The notes: generated by a model not told the origin, from the letters alone. A stretch of DNA of 64,000 bases from Gammaproteobacteria bacterium (GCA_029881795.1 JAOULX010000015.1:1810-65809); one strand, 5' to 3'; shown: positions 38,673 through 48,177, numbered from the stretch's first letter. Translations and numbers: made by a program.

Positions 38673-38855
38673 CGTTTTTATCGCTGAATAATTTTCGCCC
38701 ATTCAGCTTGCAAGCAATCAACACAGCGTCGCCAGCCTACAGCATATTCTGTACGCTGCCGGCTCTGTGATGAAATACCTGTGGCTTTCTCTAAAAAGTG
38801 ACTGCTACTGAACTCAAGTTTGCAGCAGCCACTGACGATCAGCCCATACAATCAA

Positions 38856-39725
38856 TTACTTGATTTCTGAAAGCAACTCAGGATTAAGCACTAGGTTTCT
38901 GACCCCATGTGCATGGTCTTCTTTGAAGGTATTTCCTTTACACCAGTTACCTACCGTCTCGATATTAACTCTGGCAACATTAGGACGAACACTCCATGCA
39001 ACCTGGAACGGTGAGCCTTTTTCATTGTAACCAGGGCCGGTTGTTGAACCGGCATATTGTATAGCAGCACCTGTATTAGTAGGAATATTCAGCGCCTGAT
39101 GCAGATTGTTTTTCTTGCCATGCTGAGTCAGCGTAGCAAAATCCAGCGCTGACTTATCATTAACCAGCACATATACCTGAGTCTCTACCCGCAGCTGAGG
39201 ATTCTTGATGGAATCACTTAAACAAGAGCCTAAAGTCGGACCGGGATTAACCTGTGCAGTTGAGTGCACATAATGCACTTCAATCGTATCACCTGCTGAT
39301 AAACTGCCATGCTTGCTCGGGCATATTTCCTGATGCACCGGCTTTAACTCTGCCGCACTCAGATGACCTGAATACTTATAGCCACTTTGAAAACCGTGAC
39401 CGTCGCCGTTACCGGCATATTGGGTAAACTCACCACCTTTATGTTCAGCATTTTTGTGAAAATGGATATTACACAAATTCATTTCTGCATAGCCCGGTGA
39501 GGTATTAAAGGCTCGCTGGTTATCACCGGCTACTGAATCGATATCACGCGGTGATTGTGGACCAAAACCCTTACCATCTGTATTCTGTGCAAGCTTGCTA
39601 CGCTGTGATTCAATCACCTGATCTGACACCATGGCATGACTACTGTCATGAGTCGGAGTACTAGCGCTGACAGATAGTGGCAACAAAGCTGACAAGGCCA
39701 GCATCGAAACAACATTATTATTCAT
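38856..39725 (-). CDS. Delta-class (TWCA1-like) carbonic anhydrase homologue, secreted
   Basis: Signal peptide; GPQSPRDI, NIHFHKNAEH, IEVHYVHS, PGPTLGSC, YAGSTTGP, HAHGVR. Confidence 0.82.
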   Translation of the reverse strand: MNNNVVSMLALSALLPLSVSASTPTHDSSHAMVSDQVIESQRSKLAQNTDGKGFGPQSPRDIDSVAGDNQRAFNTSPGYAEMNLCNIHFHKNAEHKGGEFTQYAGNGDGHGFQSGYKYSGHLSAAELKPVHQEICPSKHGSLSAGDTIEVHYVHSTAQVNPGPTLGSCLSDSIKNPQLRVETQVYVLVNDKSALDFATLTQHGKKNNLHQALNIPTNTGAAIQYAGSTTGPGYNEKGSPFQVAWSVRPNVARVNIETVGNWCKGNTFKEDHAHGVRNLVLNPELLSEIK

Positions 39726-39948
39726 TAATTTCTCCCTGTATTTATCTGTGTTATTTTAATGCTCAGGCAATCAGCATCTGTTCTTTATTTTTTATTATAT
39801 AAAGCAAGGTGCTGTTTATCCATAGCGAGCCGGCTGAGTATACATCAGCACAAACCAGCCTGGATATAATATTTTCTTATTTGTTAGCAACCAATTAAAT
39901 TTGTATAGAGAATGTCTGGAAAACGTATGGACAGTGAAAAAATATATT

Positions 39949-40638
39949 TTATAAAAACAGTTTCAGTCGACACTTGCCCTGACCACAGTATTTGGCCAGC
40001 ATTAGCAGAAAAAGCTCGGCTGTTGCCACCGCATCTTCGAGTGCGTTATGGGCTTTATATCTTGGCAAGCCATAAGCCATACGGATATTAAACAGGCGTA
40101 ACTGCGCGGATTTGAACCCGGCATGTCTACGCTGCAGCCGCTTTTTTTCCAGCAACAAGGTATCAACTACTCTCACTGGCAGGCTATAGCCGTAGTATTT
40201 TTGACAGGCTATATTTAAAAATCCCAGCTCTATATCGGCATGGTGTGCCAGCAATACTTTTCCAGCCATTTTCAGCAGTAACTGGTCCAGTGCCTGTTTT
40301 AAATCAACACCCTGACTGGCCTGGGTATCGGTTATCTGATGAATCGCAACATTAGAACTTTGCAGGTTATTATCCTGTCTGATTATCTGATAAGCGCTTT
40401 CTTTTAGAATGACACGGTTATTTTTTATCACGGTATAACCTATGCTTAATATCGAATCCAGTGCTGTATCCAGCCCTGTGGTTTCAAAATCCAGCGCTAT
40501 AAATTCCGTGTTGATAACCTCATCGCGTCTTGCTGGCACTTTCTCCTTCAGATATTCTTTAAAGGCGCTATCGCTCACTCTTTTATAGAGAATTTTACGC
40601 ACCACATCCCGCGGAAAAAGTTTATATAAAATCGACAT
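39949..40638 (-). CDS. DEDDh 3'-5' exonuclease (DnaQ-like)
   Basis: ALDFETTG, AIHQIT, HNALEDA; ATG overlaps the upstream TGA. Confidence 0.9.
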   Translation of the reverse strand: MSILYKLFPRDVVRKILYKRVSDSAFKEYLKEKVPARRDEVINTEFIALDFETTGLDTALDSILSIGYTVIKNNRVILKESAYQIIRQDNNLQSSNVAIHQITDTQASQGVDLKQALDQLLLKMAGKVLLAHHADIELGFLNIACQKYYGYSLPVRVVDTLLLEKKRLQRRHAGFKSAQLRLFNIRMAYGLPRYKAHNALEDAVATAELFLLMLAKYCGQGKCRLKLFL

Positions 40639-42482
40639 CAATAACGCTGCTTTAAAACATCTTGCATCATCCGCACCACATCAAAAGCATCTTTCAGGTG
40701 CCTTCTTTCCAGTGGTGACAACATTTCAGGTGACACATAATTATCAACTTCCTGAGCTCTTTTTGATTGCAGCGACTGATGCTGCAATCTCACGGTAGCA
40801 ATAAACTCAAGCGCGTCACGTAAATCACTCATGCCTTCTTTGCTCAACACACCGGCTTCACTTGCGGCCTCCATTCTGTCCTGTGTATTGATCTGATACA
40901 ATCCGGCAGATAATGCAAACACACGAGCCAGATCTGTTATCGGCACTACGCCTCTTTTTTTCAAATCCAATGCTTTTTCTTCATGGCCATTATCTTCCAT
41001 CACAAAGTTTCTGAACAAACCCAGTGGTGGTTTAAATTGCAGTGCATTTGCGGCCAGATTAATCAGGAAGCGTTCATTAGACTGTGTTTTAGCCAGCATA
41101 TCTTCTCTGACCGCCTGCAATAAAGCATCATCGCCATAGGCACAGCGCAAATCAAAAAAGATACTGGCATACATCAAGGCTTTTGGTTCCGGCTGATTAA
41201 TCCATTTATCGAAATAGCTCTTCCAGACTTTTTGTGGCTGACGCCATTTTGGATTGGTCGCCATGACATTGCCGGGGCAATAAACATAACCACACGCATT
41301 CAAACCATCACACACTATATGGCTGAGCTTTTCAAAATAACTAGCGTGCTCGGCTTCGATGTAGTCGTCGGATAATATCAAACCGTTATCCTGATCTGAA
41401 ACCGCAGTCTGTTCATTTCTTGCCATCGAGCCTGCAATAATCCAGGCAAAGCTGACGGGGGCCTGACCAAGTTCATCCTGAGCAAACTTTATCATTCGCT
41501 GAACTATCGCTTCACCGATAGAGCTGATTAAATTGCCAATGTCATAAGCTGCCAGACTGTTTTCAACCAAACTCAATAAGGTATTAGGTATCTGCTTTGC
41601 CAACTGCACCAGTTCAGCCAGATCACCGGCACGATGTATTTCATTGATCAGGTAGATGGAATTATGACTTTGCTGACGGATCAGATCGGTTGCGGTAACA
41701 ACACCCTGAACCTGGCCCTGCAACAGCACCGGGATATGCCGGATATTATATTGCGCCATCATCAACAGCGCTTGTGATCCCGGTCGTCTGGCATCAATGG
41801 TCAACGGATTCGGCGTCATGATCTGGCTAACGGGACGCTCGACTGATAATTCTTTCGCTACTACCTTGGTACAATACGCGCGGTCTGTGACGATACCAAC
41901 CAGGACATCCTGATCCATTACCAATGCCACGGTATAGCCGGCCTTTGTCATTGATCTGGCTACCTCGCGAATACTGTCGGTTACCTTGACCAGTAACGGC
42001 TGGCCATGCACCAGATCCTGCACCGGTGTCGTCACCAGTACAGTATCACCGGCCTGCCGAATATCCTGCGTAGCACTGCGAATACGCAGCGGTTTCTGCT
42101 GTGAAAAATACTCTGAGATAAAACTGTATTTTTGCATCAGCTGACTGAACAAATTAGCTGGGATGCGATAAATCAAAGTATCTTCTATCGCCTTTACTCC
42201 CAGCGTAACCAATCCGTCTCCCAGTGCTGACTTATAGCCAACCCACTCACCAGCAGCATGCTGCCCCGTGAGCTGATCATTTTTATCATAAACTGCCAGT
42301 GCACCAGAACGGATTAAAAATAAAGTGTAATTATTCTCACCCGGCTTAAGCAGCTGCTGCCCTTTCTGGCTATAACTGATCTCAAGTGCAATCGCGAGCT
42401 GATTCAGATCCTGCTTATCTAGTTTGTTCAGTGGTGCACACTGAGCAAGGTAATCGACTATTTCAAGCTGCTCTATTTCCAT
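40638..42482 (-). CDS. cNMP-binding, CBS-pair, DUF294 nucleotidyltransferase-like protein
   Basis: N-terminal cNMP fold (IRSGAL), CBS (GIVTDR, IRHIPV), GSMARNEQTAVSDQDNG NTase motif, CPGNVMATNP, IFFDLR, DLKKRG. Confidence 0.9.
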   Translation of the reverse strand: MEIEQLEIVDYLAQCAPLNKLDKQDLNQLAIALEISYSQKGQQLLKPGENNYTLFLIRSGALAVYDKNDQLTGQHAAGEWVGYKSALGDGLVTLGVKAIEDTLIYRIPANLFSQLMQKYSFISEYFSQQKPLRIRSATQDIRQAGDTVLVTTPVQDLVHGQPLLVKVTDSIREVARSMTKAGYTVALVMDQDVLVGIVTDRAYCTKVVAKELSVERPVSQIMTPNPLTIDARRPGSQALLMMAQYNIRHIPVLLQGQVQGVVTATDLIRQQSHNSIYLINEIHRAGDLAELVQLAKQIPNTLLSLVENSLAAYDIGNLISSIGEAIVQRMIKFAQDELGQAPVSFAWIIAGSMARNEQTAVSDQDNGLILSDDYIEAEHASYFEKLSHIVCDGLNACGYVYCPGNVMATNPKWRQPQKVWKSYFDKWINQPEPKALMYASIFFDLRCAYGDDALLQAVREDMLAKTQSNERFLINLAANALQFKPPLGLFRNFVMEDNGHEEKALDLKKRGVVPITDLARVFALSAGLYQINTQDRMEAASEAGVLSKEGMSDLRDALEFIATVRLQHQSLQSKRAQEVDNYVSPEMLSPLERRHLKDAFDVVRMMQDVLKQRY

Positions 42483-42497
42483 AACTGATAAAATTCT

Positions 42498-42938
42498 CTA
42501 CTGCTGTATTTTTTCATCTGCAAAATAGATACTACCCTGCCAGCCGACCACGAGTCTCAGATAGAGTTGCTTAGTATCAACATCGCTTTCAATAAATACA
42601 CTCTCCTGCCAGATGTTTTCTTCTTTCTCATACAATCTATGCGGTCGGCTCTGTTGCTTTTTACCAGCAAAGGAAATTAAAGCATCATCGAGTTTTTCTG
42701 AACTGGTCATTTTAATCGTGACCGACTGTCCTGCCTCTAATTTCTGATCTGCACTCAGATTAAGGCTTAAACCCAGCGTTTGTAAGAGACAGTCCGCTGC
42801 TGTTATACGACAATCCTTTTCCATCACCAGCGCTCTCATCGGTGGCTCCGGTGCATCCACCATATAGCCAGCTATGATGTAACCGGCTACTGCTAAAAAA
42901 GGTGCCATTAATATCGCTAATTTTTTATGTCTGTTCAT
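42498..42938 (-). CDS. Hypothetical membrane-anchored protein
   Basis: 146-aa ORF, single N-terminal TM, Cys pair, co-oriented with its neighbours. Confidence 0.7.
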   Translation of the reverse strand: MNRHKKLAILMAPFLAVAGYIIAGYMVDAPEPPMRALVMEKDCRITAADCLLQTLGLSLNLSADQKLEAGQSVTIKMTSSEKLDDALISFAGKKQQSRPHRLYEKEENIWQESVFIESDVDTKQLYLRLVVGWQGSIYFADEKIQQ

Positions 42939-43034
42939 AATTTTGTTTTGTCTTCTTTTCAGGATTAAAGCATCTTCGTTAAATGACTGCGGTAGCCATC
43001 ACCTAACAAAGTTACTTTATATAAAATCTTACAG

Positions 43035-43069
43035 AAAACAAAGGCCCCATAAAGGAGCCTTTGTCTTTT
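43035..43069 (-). terminator. Terminator downstream of the ActP-like gene
   Basis: acaaaggc...gcctttgt stem with flanking A/T runs. Confidence 0.7.
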
Positions 43070-43107
43070 ACCATTTCAGGTATTAATGTCAGATTATGCT
43101 GCTAACA

Positions 43108-44889
43108 TTAATGATCTGATGCACTACCGCTGCCGGATGGAATACGAATATCCTCAACCATATGCTGGATGTGCTCTGGTGGCTCTTCTGTCTGACTAGA
43201 TACAGCATAAGCCACAACAAAGTTAATCAGTGCACCTACCGCGCCAAATGCACCCGGTGAGATACCCATTAACCAACCACTTGGGTTATCAGCAGCCATT
43301 GCTGTACCTGGAATAAACAGGAAGCCTTTATAGATAAAGATGTAGATCAGAGTAGAACCCAGACCTGCCAACATACCCGCTACTGCACCTTTGTTGTTAA
43401 TACGCTTAACAAAGATACCCATCATCAACGCTGGGAACAACGAAGATGCTGCCAGACCGAATGCCAGCGCAACAACCTGCGCCGCGAATCCGGGCGGATT
43501 GAGCCCAAAGTAACCGGCCACCAATACCGCCCCAGCCATTGCAACACGACTGTACATCAATTCTTGCTTTTCACTGATTTCAGGTTTGAATGTACCTTTC
43601 ATCAAATCATGCGAGATCGACGATGCAATTGCCAGCAACAGACCCGCTGCAGTTGATAATGCAGCAGCGATACCACCGGCAGCCACTAATGCGATTACCC
43701 AGTTTGGAAGCTTAGCAATTTCTGGATTAGCCAGTACCATGATGTCACGGTCAACTTTAACCATCTCGTTGCCTTTCCAGCCAGCTTTATCAGCGGTGTC
43801 TGCAAATGACTTATTTTTGTCATTGTAGTACTGGATTTTGCCATCACCGTTTTTGTCTTCATACTTCAGCAGACCGGTTTTTTCCCAGTTGGTAAACCAT
43901 TGTGGTTTATCAGCATAGGCCAGATTTGCATCAGCAGCAGCAACCGGACCAGTCTGGATTGTGTTCATCAGATTCAAACGAGCCATTGCACCAACAGCAG
44001 GAGCCGTGGTGTAAAGAATTGCGATGAAAACTAATGCCCAACCAGCAGATGAACGTGCATCACGCACCTTAGGTACCGTGAAGAATCGCATGATAACGTG
44101 TGGCAGACCCGCAGTACCAATCATCAGAGACAGCGTCAGCAAAATCATATTAAGCGTGCCGCCTTTCTGCTCGGTATACGCGGCAAAGCCGAGATCCCCC
44201 AACACTAAGTCCAGCTTGTCCAGCAGATAAACACCGCTACCATCAGCCATCGTACTACCCAGACCTAACTGCGGAATTGGGTTACCTGTTAATTGCAGTG
44301 AAATAAATACCGCAGGAACAGTGTACGCAAAAATCAGTACAACATACTGTGCGATCTGAGTGTAAGTAACACCTTTCATTCCACCCAATACGGCGTAGAA
44401 GAATACGATCGCCATACCAGCGAACAGACCCGCTTCAAAAGGAACTTCTAAGAAACGAGAGAAGGCTACACCGATACCTTTCATCTGACCGATAACATAA
44501 GTCAGCGAAGCTACGATTAAACAAACAACCGCTACGATACGAGCCGTTCTTGAATAAAAACGATCACCAATGAACTCTGGTACCGTGAACTTGCCATACT
44601 TACGTAAGTAAGGAGCCAGTAACATTGCCAGCAGTACATAACCGCCGGTCCAGCCCATCAGGTAAACTGATGCATCGTAACCTTTAAACGCGATTAAACC
44701 CGCCATAGAGATAAATGATGCAGCAGACATCCAGTCGGCAGCAGTAGCCATACCGTTTGCAACTGGGTGAATACCTTTACCAGCTACGTAGAACTCACTG
44801 GTCGTGGAGGCACGTGCCCAGACAGCAATACCCATATATAGAGCGAAGGACAAACCCACAACAATATACGTTAATGTTTGTAATTCCAT
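43108..44889 (-). CDS. actP: Sodium:solute symporter, ActP-like (acetate/glycolate permease family)
   Basis: NGMATAADWMSAASF, FTVPEFIGDRFYS, GTAGLPHVIMRFFT, AAALSTAAGLL; preceded by DUF4212; substrate not proven. Confidence 0.85.
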   Translation of the reverse strand: MELQTLTYIVVGLSFALYMGIAVWARASTTSEFYVAGKGIHPVANGMATAADWMSAASFISMAGLIAFKGYDASVYLMGWTGGYVLLAMLLAPYLRKYGKFTVPEFIGDRFYSRTARIVAVVCLIVASLTYVIGQMKGIGVAFSRFLEVPFEAGLFAGMAIVFFYAVLGGMKGVTYTQIAQYVVLIFAYTVPAVFISLQLTGNPIPQLGLGSTMADGSGVYLLDKLDLVLGDLGFAAYTEQKGGTLNMILLTLSLMIGTAGLPHVIMRFFTVPKVRDARSSAGWALVFIAILYTTAPAVGAMARLNLMNTIQTGPVAAADANLAYADKPQWFTNWEKTGLLKYEDKNGDGKIQYYNDKNKSFADTADKAGWKGNEMVKVDRDIMVLANPEIAKLPNWVIALVAAGGIAAALSTAAGLLLAIASSISHDLMKGTFKPEISEKQELMYSRVAMAGAVLVAGYFGLNPPGFAAQVVALAFGLAASSLFPALMMGIFVKRINNKGAVAGMLAGLGSTLIYIFIYKGFLFIPGTAMAADNPSGWLMGISPGAFGAVGALINFVVAYAVSSQTEEPPEHIQHMVEDIRIPSGSGSASDH

Positions 44890-44900
44890 CAATAAACCCC

Positions 44901-45158
44901 TTAGTCTTCGTGGACGTCAAATTCACGATCGAGTTTATTCATTTTCGATGCGTAAAAGAAAACCAGTGCGACAAAGGTATAAATTGAACCTTGTTGCGCG
45001 AACCAGAAGCCAAGCTTATAACCACCGATTTGGATGGTGTTTAAAGCATCAACTAACAGTATTCCAAATAAAAACGAAACAGCAAACCACACCGCCAAAC
45101 ATCCCAGTACCAGACGCAGGTTTCTGTTCCAATAATCTTTTGCTTTATCAGAAGTCAT
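44901..45158 (-). CDS. DUF4212 small membrane partner of the SSS transporter
   Basis: YWNRNL...GFWFAQQGSI...LDREFDV. Confidence 0.9.
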   Translation of the reverse strand: MTSDKAKDYWNRNLRLVLGCLAVWFAVSFLFGILLVDALNTIQIGGYKLGFWFAQQGSIYTFVALVFFYASKMNKLDREFDVHED

Positions 45159-45556
45159 TATTCCCCCTCAGGTTAAATTCTGTATTTGCAGCACATTTAT
45201 AGTGCAAATACCCAGAACTAGCTTAATCATCCGTAATTTCAGTGCAAGGCGTATTTTTTTTATCAGAAACACCATAAAACTAGCTTATATTGCCTATAAT
45301 TCATAATTATGAATAATTAATTAATATCCCCCGTCCATAAGCTATCCACACTCCACGCATATAACCAAATGATTATATTGGTTAAACCGCATATAAATTT
45401 TATTTATTTGTCTAAAAAACAACCGGCAAGCAATACCCTATATTTTGCCGTAAAATCACGCCTTTTAGCGTTATAACCTCTTAAAAATTAGGTTATCCTT
45501 TAATAAAAGTATGGTTATACTGCGCGTTTGCACAATCAATAATTCTGGACAAATTT

Positions 45557-46732
45557 ATGACCGCTTCATTTAACCCTACACCACGCACATTAATGGGCCC
45601 CGGTCCTTCTGATGTTCACCCTCGTATTTTATCTGCGTTAGCCAGACCGACTATCGGTCATCTCGATCCCGAGTTTGTCGGCATGATGGATGAAGTTAAA
45701 GCCATGCTGCAATATGCCTTCCAGACCAAGAACGAGCTAACCATTGCTGTCTCTGCTCCGGGTTCTGCCGGCATGGAAACTTGTTTTGTCAATCTGATTG
45801 AAGCCGGTGATAGCGTGATTGTCTGCCAGAACGGTGTTTTTGGTGGCCGTATGAAGGAAAATGTTGAGCGCGTTGGTGCCACCGCTATCATGGTTGAAGA
45901 TGACTGGGGCAAAGCGGTTGATGTAGCCAAAGTCGAAGCAGCACTCAAAGCCAACCCGGGGGTTAAAGCCGTTTGTTTCGTACATGCAGAAACCTCTACC
46001 GGTGCAACATCTGATGCAAAAGCTATTTGCGATCTGGCTCATCAACACGGCGCTCTGACTATTGTCGATGCCGTCACCTCATTAGGCGGCTCTGAACTGC
46101 GGGTTGATGAATGGGGTATCGATGCCATCTATTCAGGCACCCAAAAATGCCTGTCTTGCGTACCGGGTATTTCACCTGTCAGTATTAATGAGCGCGCTAT
46201 TGAGGTGATTAAAAACCGCAAAACCAAAGTACAAAGCTGGTTTCTGGATCTAAATCTGGTTATGGGTTACTGGGGCGGAGAAGGCAAACGGGCATATCAC
46301 CACACCGCTCCCGTTAATGCTCTGTATGCATTACATGAATCACTGGTAATGCTGCAACAAGAAGGTCTGGAAAATTCATGGAAACGCCACCATGACAACC
46401 ACTTGGCATTACGGGCCGGCATCGAAGCGATGGGGCTTGAGTTTGTCGTCGACGAGGCTTCACGCTTACCTCAACTTAACGCTGTCAGCATCCCCGATGG
46501 TGTTGATGAAGCAGCGGTACGAGCAACCCTGTTGGACCAGTTCAATCTTGAAATTGGTGCCGGTTTAGGCGCATTAGCTGGCAAAGTATGGCGCATCGGT
46601 TTGATGGGCTATAGTAGCCGTGCTGAAAATATCCTGCTGTGTCTGGCGGCACTTGATGCTGTGCTCACCGACATGGGCGCTAAGATCAACAGTGGTGCGG
46701 CAATTCCTGCGGCCCAGGCACAAATGAAATAA
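45557..46732 (+). CDS. Alanine/serine-glyoxylate aminotransferase (class V PLP)
   Basis: LMGPGPS, GHLDP, VHAETSTG, VDAVTSLGG, SGTQK (PLP Lys), YHHTAP, WRIGLMG. Confidence 0.92.
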   Translation: MTASFNPTPRTLMGPGPSDVHPRILSALARPTIGHLDPEFVGMMDEVKAMLQYAFQTKNELTIAVSAPGSAGMETCFVNLIEAGDSVIVCQNGVFGGRMKENVERVGATAIMVEDDWGKAVDVAKVEAALKANPGVKAVCFVHAETSTGATSDAKAICDLAHQHGALTIVDAVTSLGGSELRVDEWGIDAIYSGTQKCLSCVPGISPVSINERAIEVIKNRKTKVQSWFLDLNLVMGYWGGEGKRAYHHTAPVNALYALHESLVMLQQEGLENSWKRHHDNHLALRAGIEAMGLEFVVDEASRLPQLNAVSIPDGVDEAAVRATLLDQFNLEIGAGLGALAGKVWRIGLMGYSSRAENILLCLAALDAVLTDMGAKINSGAAIPAAQAQMK

Positions 46733-46752
46733 AGCCCTGCTTGCAATGTATT

Positions 46753-46797
46753 AACCCTGACAAAAATCGGCGAACAGTCCCTATTGTCAGGGTTTTC
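46753..46797 (+). terminator. Hairpin terminator after the aminotransferase
   Basis: aaccctgacaa...ttgtcagggtt stem ending in TTTT. Confidence 0.6.
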
Positions 46798-46866
46798 CCG
46801 TCTATGTTCTGAACTTTTGAGCCGCTATACTGGTCTACAAGACAATATATTTTAAAGGTATTCGTT

Positions 46867-47511
46867 ATGATGTTCAGCCGATCTATTCTCGTCTTTTTAG
46901 TATTCATTATTACTATTTCAACCGCCCAGGCTGAACTAGAACCGAACAACAAAATGATTAACAAATGGAATCAGTTTGTAGATGACCTGATGACATTAAG
47001 CCAGCATTTAACCAGCAAGTCTGAACATTCTGAAAAAAAACGCAGCGGTAGTTACAGTAATTTGCCGGACTTTTATCACGAAACGAAATACATCCACTCA
47101 GATAGCGAAACAGTTACCAGCATTGTCCAGATGGAAACTGAAAATCCTGAAAACGTACACTCCATTCAGGTTTATCTCCGCGATAAAAACGGCCGTGTTA
47201 TGAAAGACTTTTCCGGCAGCTATCTAACCACCCATCATAATGCACCGATTCAAACTTTGATTACCCTGCATTATTACAATGATGAGCTGCATGCATTCCG
47301 GGTATTTGATGCCTCGCATGAACGTCTCTATGAAATATGTCGTGGCAAACTGGATGGTAAACAAGTCAATATAGATATCGATGATGACTACGGCGAACTA
47401 TCAGAAGCTTTGGAAGACAAGCAGGGCATTATGAGCAGCGCCGAATACAAAGCTTGTTTTGGCAGCCGCGACTATGATAAGAGCCGACTGCAAATCCCGC
47501 TTAATTTCTAA
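46867..47511 (+). CDS. Hypothetical secreted protein
   Basis: 214-aa ORF with signal peptide (ISTAQA), hydrophilic body and two Cys. Confidence 0.75.
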   Translation: MMFSRSILVFLVFIITISTAQAELEPNNKMINKWNQFVDDLMTLSQHLTSKSEHSEKKRSGSYSNLPDFYHETKYIHSDSETVTSIVQMETENPENVHSIQVYLRDKNGRVMKDFSGSYLTTHHNAPIQTLITLHYYNDELHAFRVFDASHERLYEICRGKLDGKQVNIDIDDDYGELSEALEDKQGIMSSAEYKACFGSRDYDKSRLQIPLNF

Positions 47512-47537
47512 AGCTCAACAGCAAACTGCAAACACAT

Positions 47538-47801
47538 CTAATCCTGTAGTCCGCTCCACTGCCGCAGTGCTTTTTTATCATTGTTACACAGTGCCAGTGC
47601 TGACTGCAGGCTTTTAATATACGGAATCAGGTCACTGTAAACCGCTTGTTGTTTATCGAATACGGGCGAACCACAGTCTCGCAGATATTTTTTCTGCGGC
47701 AACTGTTTTTCCACCCGGCTCACCACCAGCGCCGGACTACAACTGCATAAGATAAAATTCAGCGACAGGCATATCAGCACAGCTTTCAGAATTTTTTTCA
47801 T
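47538..47801 (-). CDS. o-spanin-like (Rz1/LysC) outer-membrane lipoprotein
   Basis: MKKIL...FILCSC lipobox-like signal; mature part LRDCGSP...YSDLIPY...LQSALALCNNDKKALRQW; start embedded in the 3' end of the upstream gene in another frame (47801 or 47810). Confidence 0.75.
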   Translation of the reverse strand: MKKILKAVLICLSLNFILCSCSPALVVSRVEKQLPQKKYLRDCGSPVFDKQQAVYSDLIPYIKSLQSALALCNNDKKALRQWSGLQD

Positions 47802-48177
47802 TCCCCTCATCCCTGCTAAGGTCAGACACATGACGCGACGGCCTTTGATTTTTTAAACCGCTACTCTGCTCTGTTAGTTTCAGCAGCCGCTGCTGCAGCT
47901 GATGAATTTTGTGTTGCAACAGATTTTGCTGCACCTGCATTTCCTGTTTCACTATCTCCAGTGTTTTTTCATGATGCGTCGCACTCAGCTCAGCTGACTG
48001 CTGTTGCTGCGCAAGTTGCTTCGTCTTATGCAACTGCTCAGACTCAAGTGTTGTCATTAACTGCCGGTTAGCCTGCTCAAGCTGACCCAGTTGTTGCGAC
48101 AAAGAAGAATAGCGCCAGAATCCCAGACTCAGAATAATCGACAGGCTAAGAATAGCGCCCAGATAAATTTTTGACAT
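47737..48177 (-). CDS. i-spanin-like (Rz/LysB) inner-membrane protein
   Basis: AGGAGG SD before ATG 48177; single N-terminal TM, long Gln/Leu coiled coil, C-terminal SCADMPV; overlaps the lipoprotein gene. Confidence 0.72.
   Translation of the reverse strand: MSKIYLGAILSLSIILSLGFWRYSSLSQQLGQLEQANRQLMTTLESEQLHKTKQLAQQQQSAELSATHHEKTLEIVKQEMQVQQNLLQHKIHQLQQRLLKLTEQSSGLKNQRPSRHVSDLSRDEGNEKNSESCADMPVAEFYLMQL

Noticed and set aside
39949..40638. dnaQ (DNA polymerase III epsilon)
   Set aside because: Has an N-terminal extension, lacks the C-terminal alpha-binding tail, and sits in the DUF294/ActP context typical of a separate DEDDh subfamily.
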